Shown here: one piece after another, positions 56,448 through 64,000 of the stretch
How the letters are laid out: each line of letters starts with the position of its first letter
How positions within the stretch are numbered: the stretch's first letter is position 1
IMG/VR virus record: IMGVR_UViG_3300025648_000012
Span: 64,001-128,000 of that record
Direction: 5' to 3' (one strand)
From: a virus
Length of the DNA: 64,000 bases
Program-made: the position numbers and the translations under genes
Notes under the pieces: generated by a model
What the model was told of the DNA's origin: nothing
The model's database searches: none
What the model saw: the letters and a program-made list of their open reading frames with translations, nothing else

Positions 56448-57659
56448 ATGCCATTATCATTGCCTAGCATAAATGTAGCAAATGGGTTACAAGGTTTAGT
56501 AGGAAATCAACCTTTGTCCGCTACAAGTCTTTTGCCGAATCTATCTATTCCCCCTATCGGTGGAGTATCTTCGTTGTCAGCTGCGCTTCCAGGGTCTGCT
56601 GGAGCTCAATCGTTATCAAGTGTAGGAGGTGGGCTTTTAGAATCTCAATCTTCTGGACGAGTATACGGTACTACGGATGAGGATTTAGCTAAGAATCCTA
56701 ACTACTCCATTACTTTTATTCAGTACGATGATGCAGGAAATCCAGCAATAACTGTAAAGGCGTTTGCTCCAACCTCTTTTCAAGCCTCTTTTGATTCTCA
56801 ATTTCAAGCCCCTTTTGCTGGGGGATTACTTGGTGGTGGCTTTCTTGGAAATTTGGCTGCAGCGTTGACTGGAACGAGGTTAACAGCACAGGCTTTAACC
56901 ATGCAGGTATGGCAAGGAGGAGCAGACCACCAATTTACGGTAGATTTGGACCTTACTGCCTGGAGTAATTCTGATGATGTACGTGGGCCTTTAGCTGGGT
57001 TAATAGAGATGGGAGTTGCAGGAGTAGACAACGGATTGTTTGTTGCTCCTGGCCCGAGATTAGATCCCGAAGAAACAGGTAAAATACTTGCTGGGCTTTT
57101 TACACAAACTGCGTCTGTAGCTTCTCAAGTTATATCAGCAAGCAACCCTCCTACGAGTTCTTCTCAGGCAAATACCTCTGGAAGTTCCGTAAATGCCATA
57201 GCTTCCGCCGCAAATGATCAAGCTACAGTAGCGGGTAATTCTCAATCCATAGCATCCGCATTAACAAATAACGGAGCAGTTGCGCAAGAGAAAAAGATAA
57301 TAGGGCAGTCAAGTACGGATTTAATGAAGAAAGCGGTTAAAAAGAAAATATCTGTGCAGATAGGACAGTGGTTTACATTACCAAATATAGTTATTACGAA
57401 TTTAACTCCAGTTTTTGCTTCAAACATTCTTGATAGCAATGGATTTCCAATTAAAACCTCAGTACAGGTTACCTTTATTCCCTTTTTTCAGTTATCCAAG
57501 GAAGACGTTCTAAATATGTTCGTAAATACCAACTCAAGTCCTGGGGTTGGGGTTGCAAATACTGCAGCCACACTTTCATTAGCGACTGGGCTAACTGGTG
57601 GAGTAAAGGGTATAATTCCGACTTCTACAGTTAGTAGCGGATTGTCTTTGCTTGGTTAG
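56448..57659 (+). CDS. Baseplate / tail-tube initiator-like protein
   Basis: QVWQGG...FTVDL, ISVQIGQWFTL.NIVIT, GFPIKTSVQVTF. Confidence 0.55.
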   Translation: MPLSLPSINVANGLQGLVGNQPLSATSLLPNLSIPPIGGVSSLSAALPGSAGAQSLSSVGGGLLESQSSGRVYGTTDEDLAKNPNYSITFIQYDDAGNPAITVKAFAPTSFQASFDSQFQAPFAGGLLGGGFLGNLAAALTGTRLTAQALTMQVWQGGADHQFTVDLDLTAWSNSDDVRGPLAGLIEMGVAGVDNGLFVAPGPRLDPEETGKILAGLFTQTASVASQVISASNPPTSSSQANTSGSSVNAIASAANDQATVAGNSQSIASALTNNGAVAQEKKIIGQSSTDLMKKAVKKKISVQIGQWFTLPNIVITNLTPVFASNILDSNGFPIKTSVQVTFIPFFQLSKEDVLNMFVNTNSSPGVGVANTAATLSLATGLTGGVKGIIPTSTVSSGLSLLG

Positions 57660-57672
57660 GGGCTAAATAATA

Positions 57673-58011
57673 ATGAAGACTTTATCACAAACAACAAAGG
57701 TAGTTAAAGACAATGATGGTACAATTCAACCTGACTTGTTAAACTCCTTGTATGTAAACATGCAATATGAGGTAGTAATTCAAGAAATTTTGCAAGTTAC
57801 AAGTGCTCACGAAGCTAATTTACCTGGCTTAGCTTATTCCTATTACGGCGATGTGGATATGTGGCGTGCAATTTTAGTAGTTAATGGACTAATTGACCCA
57901 ATATCGGACGTAGTTGCAGGAATGTATTTAGTTATGCCAACCCGCGATTCTGTATCAAAATACTTAACTGCAAATAATGCAACGACTTCAATAGCAAAAA
58001 TAACAATCTAA
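57673..58011 (+). CDS. gp53/LysM-like baseplate wedge protein
   Basis: LAYSYYGDVDMWRAILVVNGLIDP...GMYLVMP. Confidence 0.8.
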   Translation: MKTLSQTTKVVKDNDGTIQPDLLNSLYVNMQYEVVIQEILQVTSAHEANLPGLAYSYYGDVDMWRAILVVNGLIDPISDVVAGMYLVMPTRDSVSKYLTANNATTSIAKITI

Positions 58012-58026
58012 ATAAGGTACTACTCA

Positions 58027-59139
58027 ATGGCGTTTACTGTTGGGCCAACTTGCCGCATAGAACAGATTCTAATAGAAAAGAATAAATTACCGGATACTTT
58101 TGGCATTACTTACCTACATATTGTATCCTCAGCGGAGGTGTCTCTGCCTACCTGTACTCTGTCCTTCATAGACCCAATAGGGTTTATGGAAAAAATAGGA
58201 ATAGGGGATGGAACTATAGTTTCTATTACAATAACCACTTCAGTTACAAAAACGTATGAATTTAGAGTTTGCAAAGTGCCTTTAAGACTGCAAGCTGGTC
58301 TTGGGTATACTTATACTTTAGAAATGTACTTAAATTACCCGCTATATTTGGCTCAAACAGATGAAAACTCTCAAACTGGCCCATCATCTGCCGCCATGAC
58401 CTACATAGCCAATTCGGTAGGGTTAAATGGTTCTCAAAATAACATAGTAACTACAGCGGATTCTATGGTGTGGTCTCCAGGAGGAAGAGTTTATTCAGTA
58501 TGGGCTAGATCTATAGCCTTAAGAGGGTACAAAAGTTCTACTTCTTTAATGGTGGTTGCAGTTTCAGAAGATGGCGATTTACTCTACAAAGATATATCCT
58601 TAGCAAAAATTGCGGTGAACGTCTCTACAATCTTAACTCCAGGATTTGTATTTTGCCAAGAGTTTAAGCCAACAATAACTCCTGGTGTAAGCAATTTAAC
58701 TCTTAATTATGACCACACAAGGTACGCTCAAGATCTAACGCCAATCGCCTACGATAGCATAGATGTTTTTCCTCATAATAATTCCATACTTTTATCCTCA
58801 ACTGTAGATTCTATTATAACAAATGGAGGTTGCAGTTTTGGTCCTGTATTGTTTGGAACAACGCACGAGAACTATGACAACGCAGTAGCACAAAATGTTA
58901 GAGCGGATGCGACCTATTCAGTACAGGGAGAATTTTTATTTCCAACATCTAGCGGGTTATCTCTGCTAGACGCTTTTACTTTTGAGTTAAAAACACAGGC
59001 GCTAGATAGTCAACAAAATAATTCAGAGTTAAAGATAGATTTTTCTGGTAAATGGATAGTTAAAACCAAAATGATCCATATTGAGGGTCCACACTTTGCT
59101 GAAAAAATAATTGCTGTCAAACAAACACTATCCAATTAG
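58027..59139 (+). CDS. Baseplate hub protein (gp27-like)
   Basis: 370 aa between the gp53-like and spike genes. FSGKWIVKTKMIHI C-terminus. Confidence 0.6.
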   Translation: MAFTVGPTCRIEQILIEKNKLPDTFGITYLHIVSSAEVSLPTCTLSFIDPIGFMEKIGIGDGTIVSITITTSVTKTYEFRVCKVPLRLQAGLGYTYTLEMYLNYPLYLAQTDENSQTGPSSAAMTYIANSVGLNGSQNNIVTTADSMVWSPGGRVYSVWARSIALRGYKSSTSLMVVAVSEDGDLLYKDISLAKIAVNVSTILTPGFVFCQEFKPTITPGVSNLTLNYDHTRYAQDLTPIAYDSIDVFPHNNSILLSSTVDSIITNGGCSFGPVLFGTTHENYDNAVAQNVRADATYSVQGEFLFPTSSGLSLLDAFTFELKTQALDSQQNNSELKIDFSGKWIVKTKMIHIEGPHFAEKIIAVKQTLSN

Positions 59140-59160
59140 CCATCAGAACAATTTTAACAA

Positions 59161-59177
59161 AACAATTTTAGGTTGAG
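59161..59177 (+). promoter_or_regulatory. Candidate late-promoter motif AACAATTTTAGGTTGAG, copy 2
   Basis: Identical to 45641-45657. Confidence 0.5.
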
Positions 59178-59179
59178 CC

Positions 59180-59758
59180 ATGATTTTTTCAAATCAGCAT
59201 CAATTATCCTTATTTCCAAACGAATCTCAAAGATACATAGGAATAGTTACTTCCATTACTGACCCTAAAAATTTAGGAAGAGTTCAGATAAAATGTCCAG
59301 GAGTTTACCCAAAAGGTTCAGATTGGATAGGGATTCAAAGGGATTGCATTGTTGGAGCTTCCCCTTCAAACGCTACGTCTTATGGAACTTTTGGAGTTCC
59401 GCCAGTTGGTGCGGAAGTAATCTTTGAATTACAAAATAATGACCCTAATTCTGCTATTATAGTGGGTACAAGGCAAACTGCTGCTTTACCAAATGGCTGG
59501 AGTACAACTGCATGGGGTTGGTTAGATATAGATGGAAATTACATACAAGTAGATAAAAAGACATTTAAGCTATTTGTTGCAGCCTCTGGAACTTACCTTG
59601 CAGTAGATTCTTCTGGAAACATAACAATTTATACTCCTGGAACCATAACTACTAATTGCACAACTGCAACAGTTAACGCATCATCTGGAGTCAATATAAA
59701 TACTCCAACAGCTACGTTCAGTACTAATGTAGTTGTAAACGGCACTTTAACAGTATAA
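59180..59758 (+). CDS. Baseplate central spike (gpV/gp5 OB-fold)
   Basis: GIVTSITDPKNLGRVQIKCP...W...VPPVGAEVIFE..NNDP, with a beta-helix tail. Confidence 0.88.
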   Translation: MIFSNQHQLSLFPNESQRYIGIVTSITDPKNLGRVQIKCPGVYPKGSDWIGIQRDCIVGASPSNATSYGTFGVPPVGAEVIFELQNNDPNSAIIVGTRQTAALPNGWSTTAWGWLDIDGNYIQVDKKTFKLFVAASGTYLAVDSSGNITIYTPGTITTNCTTATVNASSGVNINTPTATFSTNVVVNGTLTV

Positions 59759-59799
59759 AACAACAGTATAAGAAAACAACAACCCATGAGTAACAGTCC

Positions 59800-60072
59800 A
59801 TGAGTAAACCTGTAGCAGTTGTTGGTAGTACATCAAGCCATGGTGGTTCCATGATAACAGCATCTGGCTCAAAAGTTATAACGCCTCAAGGCCCAGTTTG
59901 TATTACAGGCGATTCTCATTCCTGCCCCATTTCTGGACACGGAGTAACTTCAGTAACAGGTAACTCTACTCGAGCTACTACTTCTGGTAAAGCAATAGTA
60001 CTTCAAGGAGCAGTAGCAGGATGCGGGGCTAGTATAGTGGGTAACTTTGCGACGAGAGTAGCGTTGGATTAA
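59800..60072 (+). CDS. PAAR-domain spike tip protein
   Basis: VAVVGSTSSHGG, GDSHSCPISGHG, GAVAGCGASI. Confidence 0.9.
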   Translation: MSKPVAVVGSTSSHGGSMITASGSKVITPQGPVCITGDSHSCPISGHGVTSVTGNSTRATTSGKAIVLQGAVAGCGASIVGNFATRVALD

Positions 60073-60081
60073 GGAGGAAAA

Positions 60082-60465
60082 TTGGCAACTTATCAGGATG
60101 TAAATTCAAATATAGGAATTGACTTTAATTCACCGGTATTATCGGATATTAACTGTATTCAAAACGGTTTAACCAATATGTTTTCTACGGTTCCAGGTCA
60201 ACGAGGTAGAATTTTTCAACCTACCTACGGTTCTGCCTGGGCTTATCTTTTGCAAGAGCAAATAAGTACTACTAATGCTACAAAGATAATTAAAACCATG
60301 ATAAACGATATTAAAACATGGCAACCCTGGATTACAGTAATTGAAGGTCAGTGCACTATTTTAGTGGATTACACTTTGCCTGGGTACTCTGTAACTCTAG
60401 CTTGGCAGTTAGCTTCCTCAACCAGCACAAATTTTACTTCTTTTGCACTTCAAACAAATGGCTAA
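60082..60465 (+). CDS. gp25-like baseplate protein
   Basis: NMFSTVPGQRGRIFQPTYGS...LLQE...IKTWQPWI. Confidence 0.85.
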   Translation: MATYQDVNSNIGIDFNSPVLSDINCIQNGLTNMFSTVPGQRGRIFQPTYGSAWAYLLQEQISTTNATKIIKTMINDIKTWQPWITVIEGQCTILVDYTLPGYSVTLAWQLASSTSTNFTSFALQTNG

Positions 60466-60468
60466 ACT

Positions 60469-63195
60469 ATGAACATACTGCAACTACTGCTACCTACAGT
60501 ACCTTTTGGTCAACCCTATTCAACTAATATATCCATTGACCCCAATTCTTTGCCTTCCGGTGGACTACTCACAACTGGAAGCTCTCAAATAAAATCTTTT
60601 ACTGTAACTATTCCAACAAATTTACCACCTGGAATAGGTTATACTGTCGGGGGCTATTCTTTAAGTCAGCTCAATGTTACAGTAAATTCAACTGGCCCCT
60701 ACACGTTGAATGGTTCTCCTAATAATACTCTATCAGGGAATTCCTATGTAATTCCTGTTTCTATAGTGGGCGGTTTCATAGTTCCTCCAACTATTACTTT
60801 AACTGGAGTGTGCAATACTACTGGACTGTATACTGGTAATCAATTTATAATTACTGCAAATACTACCGCAGGTGGTTCAGTTGACTTATATGGTAATGCT
60901 ACAATTCCTACTGCTTCTACATATTCTTCAACTCAAACTTATACTTTAACCTGTATTCAGCAGATAAATTTATCAAATTTAACTGTGGATCAGGGGGATT
61001 TTGTAACTCAGTTGCAAACAGCTTTAGCCAACAAGCAATCTTGGGCTGGAAACCTAACTACAGAAACTTCTGAAACAATAATTGAATTAGTTGCGACCAT
61101 TGCTGCGTTTGACTCTACTCGAGTAATTAGAGCAACAGAAAACGCATTTCCGCAATTAGCTCAAAATGATGCTGCAATACTTGCTGGGGCAATTCTTTCA
61201 GGAGTTAGATTAGCCAGAAAGTTACCTGCTCAAGCTTTGGTAAATTTAAGCAATACTGCATCAACTTCAATTACTATTTTGCCTTATACTCAATTCTCAG
61301 GTGCAGGTGCACAGTGGTTTAATACTCAAACAATAACCATTCCAGCGTTAGGAAGTATTGCTAATGTTGCGCTTTATGAAGGTACAATAAACATTACTTA
61401 TGGCACTGGAACTGGTAAACCCAACCAAATGTGGATATCTAATGAGGATTCATTCACAATTTCTGACCAAGATGTAGTAATTAAAGTAAATGGAACTGTT
61501 TTAGAAAAAACGTTTGGTGGATTATGGAATGCTGCAGGAACAAGTGCGTATGGAGAATTTACACTAAAAGATGGAAGAGCAATTGCACAGTTTGGTACCG
61601 CTAGTTATGGATATTCCCCTGCTACTTCTGATACTATTGCAATTCAATACTGCGTTACTTCTGGATCTTTAGGAAATACACTTTCTACTATTGGTTCTTC
61701 AGTAGTGACCGTAGCTTTGGTTGGGGCAGCCTCTCAAGCTGTGCCTTATCCTACCATATCTGGTACTTTTGTAACAAATCCATCGGGTGGAGCGGATGAA
61801 CTCCCAGCATCAACTTACAAAACTATTAGCGCTGGCTCTTTTGGAACTTATGGTTCAGCAGTAACTAAACCACAGTTACAAAGTATAGCCAAAAACTATC
61901 CCGGAATAGCAGACGTTATAGTAAAAGTTCAAAGAGACATAGATCCCTCCTCTTTATACTTGATGAACACTGCTCAAGTATCCCTACTGCCTACTGGAGG
62001 GGTAACTTGGACACAAGCACAAACTTCTGCATATTTTAATTATTTGAACCAAAACACGATGTACTCAACTCAATACGTACTTATTACTCCTTCAGCTATT
62101 CCAGTAGTAGTTGCTGCAAATGTGTACGTTATAAATACGGTTCAATCGTTGGCTGCAATTCAAGAAACACTTACTAATGCAATTACTGCGTATTTATCTC
62201 CAAGAACCGGAATACTTGGGTTAAATATGTACTTATCTGACTTAGATACTCTAATTAAAAATGCTGCTCCTGGTGTAGTTGATTACGTCGATATTGTGTA
62301 CCCTACAGCGGATATGCTCGTAACAGCCCCCTCAACTCCTCCCATTTTGTACGCACTTAACCCAACAACGCCAACTGCTGGAGTATCAGCATTAACCACC
62401 GGAGCGTATGCGTACTCTGTTGGAGTGAGCGCAGTATCTCCAGTGTTTACTGGCAATACTTTCACAGTAGGAGCTGGGGGTGCTTCTTTATCTTCTGCAC
62501 AATCCGGTTACTTTGTAGAAATTACGTATAGTGGATCCGCAAGCCCCATTGCTCTCCCTAGTCCAGGGGGAAATTCTGGTGTGTCTTACACAATTTACAA
62601 CCAGAATACATTGAGCTCCACAATAACCACTGCGTCAGGAGCAATTATTTTATCTGGAGTATCAAGCACCTCCATAGGAGTAGCGCCAAATACTGAAGTA
62701 TATTTAGTATCAGACGGCACTAACTGGTTGGCTACGGTTGGAACTTATAATTTAGACGTAGGAGCGCCTAGTTCTTGGGTTTATCCAGTGTATGGAACAA
62801 GTTTGGCAAATGGTACTCAATATATTGATCTTACTTGGCCTATAACTACGGGGCAATCCTATACTGTTTATGGAAGAACAGCAACATTGTCGAATACCAT
62901 TGGAGTATTGGCTACAATATCCGCATCACAAGTTGCTTCTCTAGTGGCAGCCGGAGTAACTCCTGGACCTTCAACTTCAACCAGCGGCTCTCCAATAGTT
63001 ATAGCAACTCCTTTTTGGGTATCTAATATTGGAAGACTATCCTTTAGAGATAACGGAATGACTCCCGTTGCACCAATTCCAAGTTTAACTGGAATAACTA
63101 ACGTTGGAGTAAGATACAATAGTTTAGCAACAACTGGCTTACCAACAGGCATATCTTCAAATCCATACATAAATGTGTATTATACGAGTAGGTAA
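60469..63195 (+). CDS. gp6/baseplate-J-like wedge protein with accessory Ig-like and fibre-like domains
   Basis: DFVTQLQ.AL, ENAFPQLAQ, SGGADE, SAVTK, YPGIADV, YLSDL. Confidence 0.8.
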   Translation: MNILQLLLPTVPFGQPYSTNISIDPNSLPSGGLLTTGSSQIKSFTVTIPTNLPPGIGYTVGGYSLSQLNVTVNSTGPYTLNGSPNNTLSGNSYVIPVSIVGGFIVPPTITLTGVCNTTGLYTGNQFIITANTTAGGSVDLYGNATIPTASTYSSTQTYTLTCIQQINLSNLTVDQGDFVTQLQTALANKQSWAGNLTTETSETIIELVATIAAFDSTRVIRATENAFPQLAQNDAAILAGAILSGVRLARKLPAQALVNLSNTASTSITILPYTQFSGAGAQWFNTQTITIPALGSIANVALYEGTINITYGTGTGKPNQMWISNEDSFTISDQDVVIKVNGTVLEKTFGGLWNAAGTSAYGEFTLKDGRAIAQFGTASYGYSPATSDTIAIQYCVTSGSLGNTLSTIGSSVVTVALVGAASQAVPYPTISGTFVTNPSGGADELPASTYKTISAGSFGTYGSAVTKPQLQSIAKNYPGIADVIVKVQRDIDPSSLYLMNTAQVSLLPTGGVTWTQAQTSAYFNYLNQNTMYSTQYVLITPSAIPVVVAANVYVINTVQSLAAIQETLTNAITAYLSPRTGILGLNMYLSDLDTLIKNAAPGVVDYVDIVYPTADMLVTAPSTPPILYALNPTTPTAGVSALTTGAYAYSVGVSAVSPVFTGNTFTVGAGGASLSSAQSGYFVEITYSGSASPIALPSPGGNSGVSYTIYNQNTLSSTITTASGAIILSGVSSTSIGVAPNTEVYLVSDGTNWLATVGTYNLDVGAPSSWVYPVYGTSLANGTQYIDLTWPITTGQSYTVYGRTATLSNTIGVLATISASQVASLVAAGVTPGPSTSTSGSPIVIATPFWVSNIGRLSFRDNGMTPVAPIPSLTGITNVGVRYNSLATTGLPTGISSNPYINVYYTSR

Positions 63196-63197
63196 CT

Positions 63198-64000
63198 ATG
63201 CTACAAATTGATGCTAATCAGTTTCAAATTTACCAACCAGTAGGAGTAACTTTTAGCCTACAACCTTCCTTTTTAATTTTAGGAGGAAGTGGAAGCTACT
63301 CTTACGCTTCTTCTGGGCTTCCTTCTGGAGTCTCCATGTCTTCAACTGGAACTATCTCTGGGAAAGTTTCCGTTGCGTACCAAGGCGATTTTACAGTAAC
63401 AGTTATGGATTTAGTTACTAATTCACAAATTACAGCCACTTTTGACTATTACTTTGTAAATACTCTGTTTAACTACACAAATAATGCTCCTACATCAAGC
63501 CCTACTCTCAATAGAAGGCAGTTTTCAAAGCTAACTAGGCAAATTTTACTTCCACCCTATTTAGAAACGGCTTACTTTTTAGATCTATTAGGTGTTATTG
63601 ACTTTGTATTTGACGCTAATCTTGATGCTCCAGTAGAGGCGTTAGAAAACATAAGAAATCCATATTGGAGCGGGCCAGGAGCTGAAGCCAAAATTGAAAC
63701 ACTGGATAACTCTACAGTGGAGTTACAATTTCCTGCTTGGGTTTCCTTGGCAGCTTCTACTGTAATTTCCACTTTGCCTGCTGGAACTTATGCCTACCAA
63801 GTTGCTCCCGTGTTTGCAAACAACACCATAGGACCGGCAAATAGTTTAATGGAAGTATCTGTGGGGCGGCTAATTTCTCCTTCTTTAACCTGGACTGCTG
63901 TACCAAATGCTGTTAGTTATAACATATATGGAAGAACAGAAGGCAATTTAGGATTACTTGTTAATGTACCTTATTCTGTACTATCTTACACAGATACAGG
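63198..64000 (+). CDS. Second baseplate wedge protein with an N-terminal Ig-like domain, 3'-truncated
   Basis: Not in the ORF track because there is no stop in the window. MLQIDAN...GGSGSYSYASSGLPSGVSMSSTGTISG (He_PIG-like), then RQILLPPYL...LENIRNPYW. Confidence 0.7.
   Translation, partial: MLQIDANQFQIYQPVGVTFSLQPSFLILGGSGSYSYASSGLPSGVSMSSTGTISGKVSVAYQGDFTVTVMDLVTNSQITATFDYYFVNTLFNYTNNAPTSSPTLNRRQFSKLTRQILLPPYLETAYFLDLLGVIDFVFDANLDAPVEALENIRNPYWSGPGAEAKIETLDNSTVELQFPAWVSLAASTVISTLPAGTYAYQVAPVFANNTIGPANSLMEVSVGRLISPSLTWTAVPNAVSYNIYGRTEGNLGLLVNVPYSVLSYTDT

Noticed and set aside
2535-63772. The many 60-160 aa minus-strand ORFs in the track
   Set aside because: They lie antisense to well-supported + strand genes and have no recognisable motifs.
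1-64000. Alternative genetic code (stop-codon reassignment)
   Set aside because: Conserved genes are full-length under the standard code, TAA/TAG/TGA all end genes, and the only tRNA is a normal Arg tRNA.

Overview
A 64-kb, AT-rich (roughly 35% GC by spot counts) segment of a large lytic dsDNA tailed phage, probably a jumbo-type myovirus. Essentially all credible genes are on the + strand and use the standard code. The gene set resembles phiRSL1/Lu11/PaBG-like phages as I recall them; no search was run. Left to right: (1) type II topoisomerase B and A subunits, the A subunit carrying a 154-aa mini-intein; (2) a sigma70-promoter-driven block of small accessory genes, tRNA-Arg(UCU) and a GC-rich, multi-helix, apparently pseudoknotted candidate ncRNA at ~11.94-12.2 kb; (3) a replication and nucleotide module (family-A DNA polymerase, ThyX, PRTase, SbcC, beta-clamp, UvsW, DnaB, primase); (4) a 7.9-kb 7-deazaguanine DNA-modification cluster (QueD, DpdL-like, GalE, kinase-nucleotidyltransferase fusion, DpdA/TGT-like, unknown, GT-B glycosyltransferase, QueE, FolE, with no QueC in the window); (5) a sigma-like factor, an SSB with a long charge-block tail, RecA and dUTPase; (6) terminase, RuvC, an Acb1-like protein, portal, tape-measure and lysozyme genes and baseplate genes. 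The best candidate for a new system is the deazaguanine cluster coupled to sugar activation and transfer, which may make a glycosylated deazapurine. The structured RNA and two candidate phage promoter motifs come next. All protein assignments rest on motif recognition by eye.
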